Shown here: positions 36,470 to 49,637 of the stretch, piece after piece | Layout of the letters: every line of letters starts with the position of its first letter | How positions within the stretch are numbered: position 1 is the first letter of the stretch | DNA from: Tubulanus polymorphus | Lineage: Eukaryota; Animalia; Nemertea | Reading direction: 5' to 3' | DNA length: 64,000 nucleotides | NCBI RefSeq assembly: GCF_964204645.1 | Contig: NC_134029.1 | Span: 19,462,950 to 19,526,949, forward strand | Notes under the pieces: generated by a model | The model's database searches: none | Seen by the model: only the letters and a program-made list of their open reading frames with translations | What the model was told of the DNA's origin: nothing | Made by a program: the position numbers and the translations under genes

Positions 36470-38412
36470 AGATAGTATTCAGTGTCAGTCGTTGCTATAT
36501 TTTAGGTATGGCATGTTTTACGGGAATCTTCGAATGGTGACTCAAATGAAGACTCGTTAAAACAGCTATCGTTCCATTTTAACTGTCATCTTAAATGAAA
36601 CGCACTTTTCCTCGGGTATAGAAGATTACCATTGGCACCGTCTGCAACACTGCGACGCTTTTTCGATTCGCTGTCGTTTCGACTTAACATCCAGTATTTC
36701 TCGACGTGTCAACATCCTGCGTTCATTGATTTCACCACCACACACGCGGACTCTAACGGTTGTCGGCTCTCCTTGCGCGAGCGAGTTCACTTTTTCTCTC
36801 GCCCACTCTCTCAATCTCCCGCGCGCTCATAATACCCCCGGACTGTTCATTGATAGAAAAATACTCTTCATCCCCGCCGTGTGTTCCGCTACCGCGCGAG
36901 AAAGCCTGTCAGTTGAAATGTTCACGGCGAGTGCTGATATAGTACGCGAATCTCGCTCCGAGGTCTCCGTTACCGAATCATTAGTAATAATCACTTGTTC
37001 GAGGCATTTTTAATGGGGACGGCTATGAAGGAAAAACGGTCTCCTGTCCTCGTTCTTTCGGATCGATAACGTGGTTTATATACGGTAGTATATAGATGAT
37101 GCGCGTATATCGACCAAAGCAAACCAATGAACCCTTGATTCCTTTCGTTATTCATGAAACTTTTTGATAGAATGTCGTATATTTTACAGAATTATATGCT
37201 TGTTTAAAGCCTATCAGAGCGATGGATTTACGAGCTTATGAATTCATATCTACGATGCATCCGATTTCGTATCGATCCTATCAGACTTACGGTGTCAATA
37301 AACCGAATAAACTTATTGGAAACATGACGACATTACACGGCCGATCAGCCCCACATATTTATTGATGACACTCCGATATAGTTAATGCGCGTATCGGCGT
37401 TTGTATTTACGTCGAGTTCAAATAGATATCCTCCAGGTTTCGGCAGTTCCCAACTCCCCATATGCCGCCGAATTGGCAGGTAATGAACTAGATCATCGTA
37501 AAAACCTTGCCTCGCTATACGAGGCCATCATTAAAAAGGCTGCTTTCCGAACAGAAATTTCGAAAATAATGACTCGCGGTTTCCGCCACGGTGACGATAT
37601 TCGTTCGAATGCCTGTCATGTTTAATCTGCGAGAGCATGCAGTAATTTAGATGATTTTGTTGTTGAAACCTATAAAGTATTCATTCCGAACGGCTCTCCC
37701 TTGACTTCTAAATAGTTTTTTTTTCTCATTCTTCGGCGCATTGTCAAGGTTTTTTTTCCTTAATTCAGCGTGCGTTTGTGTGTAGTATCAAGGCAAATTG
37801 AATTATTCAGCCTCGGGTATAAAACAAATTTAAGTTTTAAATGGAGCTCGTAGATTTTTGGGACCGCCATATTGTAATGGAATGGGTATTGATGCTGTTT
37901 TTATATTTACGGTTCATCCGACATCCTTATAGATTGGCTATGTTCCGATTACGATTGGCTCAAAAATGTCCTCCGCCAAATCGAACCTCTGGTTGATTAC
38001 GCACGGTGAATGAAATATCACGACAGAGAAGGAACGTTTCAATCGATCAGTCGCTGCTTACAGTTGACTAGAATTTCAATATGTCCTTTTACGATCATGT
38101 CGAAGCAAGCAATTGCATTTAGACGAATTTAAACTGCACCGACAGCCGACATAGTTGATTGCTAAACTACCAATTGCTATACATCAGCGCGCTCTCGATA
38201 AATGAATAGATGAACAAATTCACCTTTGCATTTCAAAAATAACATTGAACGATAAAGAAATTTACAAGGTTTCGTCTGGATCTTTTACATTATCGGGCAA
38301 TGATGAAATACAGGCGAACCCGAGAAGGCGAAGAACAACTCTCTTTTTTACTTGCTAGTAAATCGCTCCATTGTTGTATTTCCGGAAAGAACGTTAAAAC
38401 GTGGATGCAAAG

Positions 38413-38619
38413 TCACGATTGATTAAACACTATATCCGTGTTGAAGCTAAGTAGATAGAAACCCACAATAATAACGGAAAAACAAAGTCCAAAAATGTAA
38501 CTGAAGCTAGTAGTTTATTCAACGATTCGATTATATTCTAATAGTCATCTTCAGGAATATACTAGCTCCAGGTATACTTTTGGACTTTGTTTTTTCGTTA
38601 TTATTGTGGGATTCTCTTT
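38413..38619 (-). mobile_element. Penelope-like inverted element with degenerate hammerhead
   Basis: 14-bp TSD acgtggatgcaaag (38399-38412, 38620-38633); inverted arms; minus TATTC-CTGAAGA-T-GACTA..TAATC-GAAT-CGTT-GAATA. Confidence 0.7.
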
Positions 38620-41058
38620 ACGTGGATGCAAAGGTCTTAATGTAGAAGAGTCGAAGAAAAAGGGGCGTACGGATTAATACAATGTCCGAAAACGAAAAGG
38701 GCATTTTTTAAATACGACATTATTTGAACCGTATTTTTAGCGGAGTTTTACCCGTTTCAGCGATCTCCGCTTCATAACTTTCATATTTACACGTTTTAAA
38801 TTCATATATGGCCACGAATAGCCCAATAGTTTTAGCTGAGGATTCTGAATCTTGTCCGTAACCGTGAACCACCATTTTCGATCTAGGAAAAAAAAACAAC
38901 CTATTGTTGACGTATTGCAATCCGCTGCGGAGTCATGTAAACATTTTCCACCAGAATGTATAGGATCCAATTGTGTATTCGACTACATTTATTTTGGGTG
39001 TGCCTGATTTATTTCCTAGAAGAGTTTATCGAAATCAACACCTTTATTAATTTCCAGTAAACATGAGTGACGCAAGAAAACAAAAACATTGCGTAATATT
39101 CCGACATTCATTACGTTCCCACAACCTCGTCAAAGATAGACTTGGCACCAATTCTAACCAGTATTGTCTCGTATCAACCCCGAAGCTTAATGCATTGAAC
39201 CTTTTTTGTTATATTATTACTTAGAAATATATTAGTCGCCAATATTTACCGATGGCAAAGGCCTATCGATCGTTTCGTCGCGTCAATTCCTATTGTTATT
39301 ATGTAAACGATTCCCGATCGGTGAAGTTAATATTCGCTTCTTTTCTTTTGCAATATTTTCCAATCTTTCGATCGAATTGATTTTCCAATTCGTCTGCTGC
39401 GAAAACTTCCCTCCGCCAACACTAACTGCTCACTCATCGACTGATACCGGATCCGTTCAAAGCGAAACCTCCCGGCATATTACTTTATATATCGTTGTTT
39501 GTTGACGTATCTTTTGACCATGAAACGCATGGGTGTCTCCAGATATTAAGTTCCCTATGATTTGACGAATTGATTATTTCAGTCGACAAAACAGGCAATA
39601 TGGATTACAATGCCTGCAACGATTAGATATGAGGAGGTGGTAGGTGATCTAAGCACATCGTTCGGCTTTCGGGAGTATTTGTCTATTTTCCTTCCCCCCG
39701 GTATGATATTCAACTAAGAGATGCTAGCGTTAGGGTTTTGGAATAAGAGATAAGGACAAGGCGAACAAACCTTTTTTTCGAGTATTTTCATTTCCTCTTT
39801 GCGGGAGGTTGTCGAAGATATATACTAGGCAGCTAAGCCAATGACGAAGTAAATCAGGGTCGACCACGTGAAACACCCGGACAAGGCAAACTTCGGTTAC
39901 CGGAGTTAGTCGACTTTTTGCGAACTAAGTGGAACCGATTGTCCGTTAGTCGGGGAACTAGTGAACCACGCAACTAAGCACGGTCGTTGTAGTCCTGACA
40001 TAGCAGCAAGATGGCCGACACTGTCAAGTAGGTTTAGACCGAACTAAATTAAAATAAGAAGTAGCGTGAGTAAATGAAAAATATTGTAATCATAAGACGC
40101 TGGACGACTGGTGAACTTTGGACCTAAAAGGTCCAGTCACACTCACTCTCACTTGCATACCCCATTCATACCCACAAGTTACAGGACAAGAACATTTAAC
40201 ACCAGTATGAAAATATCATACCGGCTCCAAAAGACGTGAGAGTACTACATAATCTTAGATTTTTTTCTTACCGATTTCCAGAGTTTTGGACCTTTATAGA
40301 TTATTTTGAATTGCCTGTAATTATTTTTTTTGTGACGGTGAGTGGTATGGTATGGCTGTGTTTAGTTTTGCTTTAAGTGAATAGATTTTCGTACTGTTCG
40401 GGAAGTAGATAGATCATTCATAGATTCAAACATGAACGATCCACTTCCCAAGTAATACGAGAATCTCGTAGAATTTAGAGAAATCCACCCGGATTTGAAA
40501 GGAATCTTCCCTCGGAGCCTTGTTTTAGAAAGTTTGCTTACAGTGACGGGACAGGTTTAACAGTATACAGCGGAGAAAAGCACCTCGATATCTTCGCATC
40601 AGAAAACGAATCGTTCACTTTGATGTCCTACGCCGTTGTTGTTTAATGCGATCATAGACGATTGAAGTGTGACTACGTTGTGTTTTGATTACGGCGCGAT
40701 TCTCTGTGATCGTGCATATACACGTACATATTCCCCCTCGCGGCCACAATTTCGCTATCGTTGACGAAAATCTGCGTTCGGTGAATAGCGACTAATGACG
40801 AATATTCCCTCTAGTTTATCTAAAATCGCTGAAAAAATATTTCCTATCGGCAATTTCGATGCGGCGCGGACAATGCGACTATGAGTCACATCAATTTGAC
40901 AGCGAATCACTGACAGAGATCTGATTATATTGATAATGACAGAAGAACCCTTCGGTGTACCCTACTCTCTTCAGAGGTTAGAATGTGGTATATTTGAATA
41001 AGTCCGCCGCAAACAGAACCCGCCACTTAGCTATCTTTGATTAATCATGCCGAGAAAT

Positions 41059-41402
41059 TACGGAAGCGATTAGGGGCCTCGATCTGTCGCGTTCGAACCC
41101 TACAAGTCGCCATGATTGTGTCGACATATCGCGATATATCGCGTCAAGTCGACATGAATGTCGACATATCGTGACGTTTTGACGACATAGTTCGTTTTGT
41201 CGACCATTTTCCTCTCGAAAAGTTGACATATGACGACTTACTCAGATGACGACGCATGTAACGTAAAAAATTGGTGACCAAGCGAAATATGTCATCAAAA
41301 CATCACTATATGTCGACAAATTCATGTCGCGATAGGACGACATAATCATGGCGACGTGTTGAGATGGCACACGACAACTCGAAGCCCCTTATCACTTCCG
41401 TT
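41059..41402. mobile_element. foldback MITE with long TIRs and gtcgaca subrepeats
   Basis: acggaagcgattaggggcctcga...tcgaagccccttatcacttccgt. Confidence 0.65.
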
Positions 41403-42892
41403 ACTAGGAAATGCTACAAGAGATTTTTCAACCCAACCATAGCTTTCAATTTTTCGTTGGTTGAATTCTAGTTGCCGGTAATGCTAATTTCGTTTCTTAT
41501 ATAGTTCTATTTAGTTAGATTCAGAAATACGTATATTTGAATAACTGCTCAAAGATGAAAATGATAGCTAAGTAAAAGATATTTGACAAAATTAATTCAA
41601 AAAACAATAATCTAAAGATATGAAATATTATATTCTAGAAGTCTCGGAAACGATTAAACGGGCCGCATAATCACATCAAATTGTGTTTGCGTTATGGAAA
41701 TGTCTACACGCGAATTTCGTCGTCGACGCCTCGAATTTAGAATGAAAAATGCGATAACGTGTCCGTATATATGAATCGGTAAATTTATGCATGAGAATTC
41801 AACTCAGCCGCGCCGCGCCTCGCATTATTGAGATTGATAACGCGAAGAAACGTGGACATAAAAAAACCTCGGCGTCGGAGAGTACACATATTAGCGCGAT
41901 GGTAGCCCTGCCCCTTGAGATAATCTGTAAGTCTACGAGCGCCGTACTCGTTAGTAAAGTTTGCGCAGCGATCGTTCCCCGTCGGCATAAAAGTCTTCAT
42001 TCTTCATTATATCGGGTTTCCCTGGCTGCGAATCGTTCATTTGCATACTCGAATTAAAGGTCACCGATTGGTCATATTATATATTATCCGGTCGTCCTCG
42101 TAAGTTACCTTAGTAATGACTAAGCTTTACCTGAACAGACGAGATGTTCTATTTGTAACAACGCATGCTTGTCATCTAAGCAGATTTTTTGCTTTTGTTT
42201 TCATCCGAACAACTCTCAGAAAAAGACAAGAGTACACTGTAATAGATTATTACGTACGGGGCCTCCCATAAAAGAGTTTAGCCAGTCTCGTCCTGGGTTA
42301 TTCTCCATACCTGTTGTGTATTGAAGCATGGACCAAAATGGAGAGAAAGATAGCACCAATGATGATATAGACACACTACTCGTTGAAGATGTCTTCGACA
42401 GAAAGTTTCTGATACTGAGCTTTCGACCAAAATGGCTACTATTTGGCTTGCACCATAGCAAAGATATTTTCGATTTTACCAAGATATACTTAGTTGATCT
42501 CGAGGATTTTCGAGTTATTTTTGGTAGATGACAGTAACGATCATTACTAATTCGGATAAAATTCACCGGATTATACAACAAGGCCAGTATTTTCGTATTT
42601 TTGCAGTAATTGCATGCGGTAGACTGAGTGGTGCCTATGCCATACTCCAACCAGTCACTTGTTTCAACCGCTATGTTTGGAAGATAATATTATTATTATT
42701 GCATCGCATTTGTTTTGAAATCACATCGAGCCAGTGTTCCGTAGAAATTATCGGGCGCCGAATGTTTCCCGAATTTCAATGTGTTTTCCGAAGAAACAAT
42801 ATTTTCGTCAGGTCAGATCAGACAATATATACGTGATAGATATAGCTATTTTACGGATAGTAAGAACCCACAAACATCCAACAAAAAGATTG

Positions 42893-43163
42893 ACTAATCA
42901 GTTGATGATCACAATATCCGTGATAAAACGATATGAGTAAAAATCCCACGATAAACGAATTGATCTAAAATGTTTATTTGAAATATTAGAAATATTTTGG
43001 ATGGTTACCACCACCCTTCTTCATTCTAAAAACAAATTGATAAAAGAATGATAAAAGATTGTTTTAGCTTGAAGAAGGGTTGTACCAACTACCCGAAATA
43101 TTTCTAATATTTAAGATAAACTTTTTATTTTAGATCAATTCATTTTAAGTTGGATTTTTACTA
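42893..43163. mobile_element. Penelope-like inverted element with degenerate hammerheads on both arms
   Basis: 10-bp TSD aaaaagattg (42883-42892, 43164-43173); plus arm TTGAAGA-A-GGGTTG..CTACCC-GAAA-TATT-TCTAA. Confidence 0.65.
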
Positions 43164-45193
43164 AAAAAGATTGCATTTTCGGCCATATTATAGTCTTGTT
43201 TCGGACAATGCAATATAAAGTCTTCAATAGAAGGACATCTTTTTTTCTCGCATACACTGCGAACAATTTTAAGCGTCAATCTCGGGAGAGAATTTTGTAA
43301 TTGTTTTTATGATCTAGATCGGAAACGTCGTGTTCGTCGTAAAATTACGCTTTCTCTCCGTTGCCAGTCTATACTTCTGTGCATGAAAAGCCGATTAGCG
43401 AGGCTAGTAGTACTCCATGGCGATCGGCATTCAAGAAGGTAATTGTACGATGTTTCACCGCCGTGTATTAACTTGTCTTTAAATCGTAACAACTTCCTCG
43501 AACACACGTCGACATCGTCGAGTGTTTGTTATCGCCGACCCGCGCGAACGTTTTGCCCGGACTAATGGGAAAAAACGAAAAAATGTCACATTTCAGCTAA
43601 TCGATTAATTCTACGAATGTTAGATATAATTCGAAACGGTGATCGCGGCATAACTAAAGAAAATCGAAACCCTTACCCTAAACCCAATATAATGATTTTA
43701 TAGTTACTTTTATTAGTTTATATCATAATATATAGCAACGATGTACGGTCAAATAGCGGAAGTAAACACTTTGCCGTAGACGGCTAAATATCCACTATGA
43801 AAAACGTCGGTGCACTTTCTAGCACTTAAAAGTGGCTTCGCATCGAACGGTTTGAATTATTAGTATAAATTAGCGTATATATCCAATCCAATTCAATTAG
43901 ATTAAATTCAATTCAATAAATGTTTATTGTCTTTGAATAAACGTTACGCGATTATAAGTGACAAGAAGTACGAAAATAGAAATATATGCTTAGCATGCCT
44001 TTGCTTACAAGGATTTTAATAATTCAAGCTCAGATCAACGACGTCGTTTATATAGGATTTGAATCTTGAAAGTTAAACGAAAGCAGTGGCGTATAAAATG
44101 TAGACTAGCGCGGCCATTTTGTAATTGTCTCAAATTGCGACATTTCTCTGACGAATTATGAAATGCGAATAGAAACCTGTCACGGTAGAAATTACCTGGC
44201 CGCACTAAAACTACAGGTTCTAGCTCAACAGTTGTGAGTTCGAGTTAACTCTGAGTTAAAATTAGTTCATTTTCAATTAGTTAACTCTCCGTCAAATCTT
44301 AACACAGAACTGGGGAACTGACGTGCTATACATTCGTGTTTATTCGGAACAAACTCTAAAACCGACACGTCATGGTCAGGTGACCAAGTCCTGCGAGTGA
44401 CGTGAACCTTTATACAATAGACATGATATAGCATGATATATGATTAACGTCATTCGTTACTGATGATTCATTAACTACGGAAAAGTTTTCAATATAATTT
44501 CTTCAGTCTGAAGCCGACATTTTTTCAGCGTTGCTTTCTTCGCGTCAGTTAAAACTCTCGTTTCTCGGCCAGTAAAGGGTTAAACGACACTGCGGCGCTT
44601 ATAAGACGACATGTCAAACGAAACATACCGTGAAATCCATTGATCGCCGCGTCTGTAAATGACACAACGACTGGAAACGGCTCATTTAAGTTTATGTCTT
44701 CTAAATCCGTATCACTGATAGCGCCCGTACTGTATTTGTTGTTGGCGCGGCGAATACGTATCCTTAAACCACTGATTGCTGGCATCTTAGCGGTGAAGAA
44801 TTACTCGCGGCCATTCTCCCGCAAGGGTCATTATCCCGCTCTTATTTCGTGAAGATGGATGGACACATTTTTCGTGTTGTCGGTGCACTAACGTGTTTAT
44901 ATGTGCATATGTGATTGGTTTTTTAGTCCCCGTCTGGCCATTTCGTTACGAGCTAATTAGTTTTTTGGGTGAGCTCACCGATATATGACATGGAAAATGA
45001 GGCATTAATTGTGCTTAAGCATGGCGTATATTATGATGAGTTAACTCGAAAAGTTATCTAACAATACAAACGATTTGATGACGTAATGATGTCTTTATCA
45101 TTAACTATAATTCGTATATAGATCATCTGACATTAGTGAAGCGTTCTGAGTAAGAAAATCAGCAATATCGAACATTATCGAGTTTTAAGAATG

Positions 45194-45564
45194 TCTCCCT
45201 CTCCCTCTCCCTCTCCCTCTCCCTCTCCCTCTCCCTCTCCCTCTCCCTCTCCCTCTCCCTCTCCCTCTCCCTCTCCCTCTCCCTCTCCCTCTCCCTCTCC
45301 CTCTCCCTCTCCCTCTCCCTCTCCCTCTCCCTCTCCCTCTCCCTCTCCCTCTCCCTCTCCCTCTCCCTCTCCCTCTCCCTCTCCCTCTCCCTCTCCCTCT
45401 CCCTCTCCTCTCCCTCTCCCTCTCCCTCTCCCTCTCCCTCTCCCTCTCCCTCTCCCTCTCCCTCTCCCTCTCCCTCTCCCTCTCCCTCTCCCTCTCCCTC
45501 TCCCTCTCCCTCTCCCTCTCCCTCTCCCTCTCCCTCTCCCTCTCCCTCTCCCTCTCCCTCTCCC
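45194..45564. repeat. (TCTCCC)n hexamer microsatellite, ~62 units
   Basis: 371-bp pure pyrimidine run with one 1-nt deletion near 45407. Confidence 0.98.
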
Positions 45565-45574
45565 GGTTGGTATC

Positions 45575-45846
45575 CTGCTATATGTAGAGAGATCTTCTAC
45601 CCGAGGGTAAGCTTATATCTAGCTAAGCTCAACTTGAAAAGGCATTTAGCTACAAAATGCAGCGTACAGAGTGGACGGTTTATAACTGTATATTCAATAG
45701 CCATTAACGAACAGCGATACAGCGTGCTATAGGCCTTTTGATAATCTGGAAACTGCCAGATAGGCCAGTGTTCAAGCATGAAGTCTGTGGTTCGGACACG
45801 TTTGCACAACCTCAAAAAACCAAATGGTAGTAAGCTAAAGATTGCG
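45575..45846 (+). pseudogene. possible decayed RRM-domain fragment
   Basis: with frameshifts reads LLYV(G)DL...AQLEKAFS...RYSV..FDNLETAR...GSKLKIA; several stops. Confidence 0.35.
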
Positions 45847-48800
45847 AGACACAGCAGCCGTGTGTTTATCATCAATCGAAGTGACTGGATTGCATTAGTA
45901 CTGCTACATTAGCACCCCACTAGTCGATTCCATTAGGCTGATACATTAAGTTGTTGAGCTATTGTGACTCCAATAAACTGCGACGAGAGCGCGCCGGAGA
46001 CCCGTTTTATTAACGAAAACTATTTCAGCGAAAGGCCTAATTTCTCTCGGCACGTCCCTTTCGTTCAGTTGCCGGCGTCACCTCATTTGTCGAACCTTTT
46101 TCGATTGAATTCGAAATGCTCGCGGTTTATCGACGACATTGTTTTTCAGTACACGCGCGGTTCGCAGTCGATGTTCGATTTTCAATAAACAGATTAGTTC
46201 ATTAAATGGGAAAACAAGTTCGGTTCATTGATTGATAGATGTTTTTTTGATGACTGCGGAGATACGTTATCTATTGGCTTCTTCGCGCTGGAGCGATTTT
46301 ACTTTCATACGCGCGACTCCGAAGGAGATTTTATTTAACGGCGAACTGATATTGTGAGATGTAGCTATGCGCGGTGTCACCTTTCTATATGCGATATTCA
46401 GCAGAACCAGATCCTGCAGCGTACGGGAGGATTGAAACTCGGAAGGAAGCAAGCCATGCAAAACTGCTATGATAAATCGCTTTGGTTGTTCGAAAACGGC
46501 AATTGAATGGTATATTGAAACCGTTTTGTGATTGGCGGAGGTTAATTTTGAGTTTCCGCCAGCCGACCTTAATTTTTATTGGCCATTCATCCTTATTAAA
46601 CTACAAGTAAAAGCTACGAAGTACTTGATGCCAGGAAAGTTGTTGAAGAAACAGTTGGAGTATGTATTCATATATACTCTTACATATTTCTTGTGCATCA
46701 TCAAAATATCGCATATTCCAAAGACTATCAATGTTATCGAACCTCGGTCTTGGGTGTACATGGGCCCAGTTTCACAGTCGCGGCTTCTCGTCTTAAAGTG
46801 TTCTTATTAAATCTTAAGACTGGTATCAAGCTATAGATACGCTACCGAACTAAGATAGTCTGAGGCTGGTCATAGATCTACACCGCGTTTGGTTCCAGTT
46901 GCTAATGATGTCTGATTTTATTTTCTGATCGGTGTCCGCTGGAATCGTGGTCTCGACAACTTCTGCTCGGGCGTCGTGCGTGCATCAGTTTAAGATGATC
47001 GGTTACATTTTTGCCTTATTTGCCGAGCCAATATAGATTCTTCGCCGGTGCATGAATATTTACATCCGCTCGGCTGGCGTAATGCGCGGCGCGTCGCATC
47101 TAGCATGCGACTCCGCAATTAGAGAAGTATTCTGTCAAAATTCGCCATGCTCGATCCGTCTGTGTTAGCGTTGTCCGAACGGTGTGAAATTACCTGCGCG
47201 TTACTCGCTGTTTAATATTCACGGCGGCGCTTCGTTTTTTTTTCTGTGGTACGCTGTGAAAATGGTACTGATGGTTTTGTGACAGGCCAGCTCATCATTA
47301 ACAACGGTATCTGCCAATGCGTCATCGGTTACCACGTTCGGCACGGTCGCCACTTCAAGGTTCGCTTGACACTTACAGCGTGTGGTCAGCTCCTCGTGGT
47401 ACTCATACTAATTGTGCAGTATTGATAACTATCGTTACATTGTCGCTATTCGTTTACACATTTATTTCTCGTTATTGCTGTATCGTGTACAGATGCATCC
47501 CCCGATGTTTTCTATGGAGATATACTAATAATTGGGAAGCCCAACCGTCTTTGTATTGAGTACACGGAGTCGTCCTTCTTTTCAACGATGTTTATGGATC
47601 AAGCCTTGTAGAAGTTCCATTCCAGCATAAACGCGAAAAAAAAACAAGAGAACAAAATCGTGAAAACTATACCGCGCAAAGATTCTGCTTCTTTCTGCTC
47701 GAATAAAAAAATGAAACACTCTCTTGAAGTGTTCACGGGGAGCATCGCGTTTTATCTTGATAAACAAGATTTTTTTCCATTGACAAAGACGTCGAAGTAA
47801 CGCGGCGTTACGTAACATATTGCGACTAGCTGTTCTAACACGGAGCTCGTCAGTGAAAAACATTTCTCCCGCCGACGAGAATAGAACCATTACACACTGA
47901 CATCCCGTGGGTAAGCAGCCAGCTGAAAATCGAATTTGCAACGAATTTAACAGTCTTTTAAACTCGATCGCACTGACATGTCGAAATTAAGTGCTCGATA
48001 CGTATGTGTGCGTAGAGTCGCGGACTGAATTCATTTCGATCGACTGACTGGTTCTTTTAAACGAAATGTACTCGGTTTATTCGATTAATGGTTATTGGCA
48101 TCTTGTTGAAATCTGTAATGTCATTAATTATATATCGCTCAGACGCGCACCGTGGAATGTGATATTCCGAGGTTTCTACGTTTGTACATTTCAATGAATT
48201 GATGGCTCAGCGGAGGCCTTAAACCGCGCGTATATCGTTGTCAGAAAGTCTACGCTTGTTTTCTTGCGAACCATGCAATTTTTTCTATCGAAAATGAGCT
48301 GAATATACCATCAAAATCGTCGTCTTTCAAAGTTTCATTTGTGCTAATTTGGCATGGATCAGACCGCTAATTACTTTTCAGGCTAAGCAATTGTTGAATA
48401 TGGTTTCCCTCATTTTTCCTTTTGGCTAACCGACGAATACCATATATGGGCATACATATCCATCGAATATGGGGAATCAATTAAGTGAACCGTCGAATAC
48501 GCGTCAAATATAGTAAATCGATGAGATGATATTTTGGTGAACCGCCGAATGTGGTCACTCCATCTTTTAAATAGTTTTTCTGGGACCCTGTCGAATATGG
48601 CGACATCTATTTTCAGTTTTAAAATATTGGTAACAATCAGTCATTTTCAGTATTTGCTTGTTTGATAAGCTAACAAGGGACCTAAATCAGCTTACTGTAA
48701 GTTAATATCTGAGATAAAATGACCCCGATAACGGAAACTACAGTGACAAGAAAGTCCAAAATCTCAAATCGATTTTTCTCACTTTCAACGCATGTTTTCA

Positions 48801-49393
48801 TTTGACGGTTCAATAATCAGAACAAAATGGCGCAAAATTTGATACAAAAGAAAGGATTTCATATGCGTAATGATATCCGTCGGGTTGCTTAATTTACACT
48901 GGTGCAATTTTGATGGACCTAAAAGGCAATCACTTGGAAGCAAATATTCCTAAATCAATTTTTTTTACTGGCCGGAGAAAAAAAATCGTATTTTGACAAC
49001 ATGCTCGATATCAGAATCCCTTTCATCGCTGTTGTAGTCAGACCATGAAACCAAATGACTTGTTCCCTGTGCTCCTGTCAGCTGCTGATGCGGATAATTA
49101 CATCCCGAAGTCCCATCTCATCCTCGGTTATCAGTTTGATGGACACGAGCTCTTCGCGGAATGGACAGTGGTCATCCAGGGAAATAGCTAACCGATGTAA
49201 ATGCGCTACAATCATTACTGGTGGTTTGCAAGTAATGGTTCCTGATTGCGTTGTTTATACGATTCGCACAAAGATTGATAACATCTTCCAGAACAGCCTT
49301 AACCTATATGTACGTAACAATGATTTGATATTTGTAAAAATGAACTTAAAAGCGCTGTTATAAAGACACATGCTTTAAAGAAGCCCGGAATAA

Positions 49394-49637
49394 CGATAGA
49401 AGTCCCACAATAAATTCAGCCAAAAATGAAAAGTTCTTATAATCATATTTCGAGCAACGTTTTTGCTTAATATTATTAGCCATCATCAGTACGCCTGATG
49501 ATGGCTTATAGCATTTAGCCGAAATGTTGCTCGAAAATATAATCATTTTAATAATAGAACTTTTCATTTTTGGCTAAATTTATTGTGGAATTCTTTTCGT
49601 TATCATCATACACGGATATTGCGTATCCACCAGTCTC
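49394..49637. mobile_element. Penelope-like head-to-head element with hammerhead motifs
   Basis: 12-bp direct repeat agcccggaataa (49382-49393, 49638-49649); CTGATGA cores back-to-back at 49483-49489 (-) and 49495-49501 (+). Confidence 0.75.

Noticed and set aside
42216-42650. 144-aa minus ORF with NNPGRDWLNSFM (reminiscent of pogo/Tc5 HTH or a 2A-like motif) and overlapping plus ORFs
   Set aside because: Motif not followed by the expected residues; no other recognisable domain; cannot be supported without a search.
45191-45610. 139-aa SP/LP-repeat ORF
   Set aside because: Translation of the (TCTCCC)n microsatellite.
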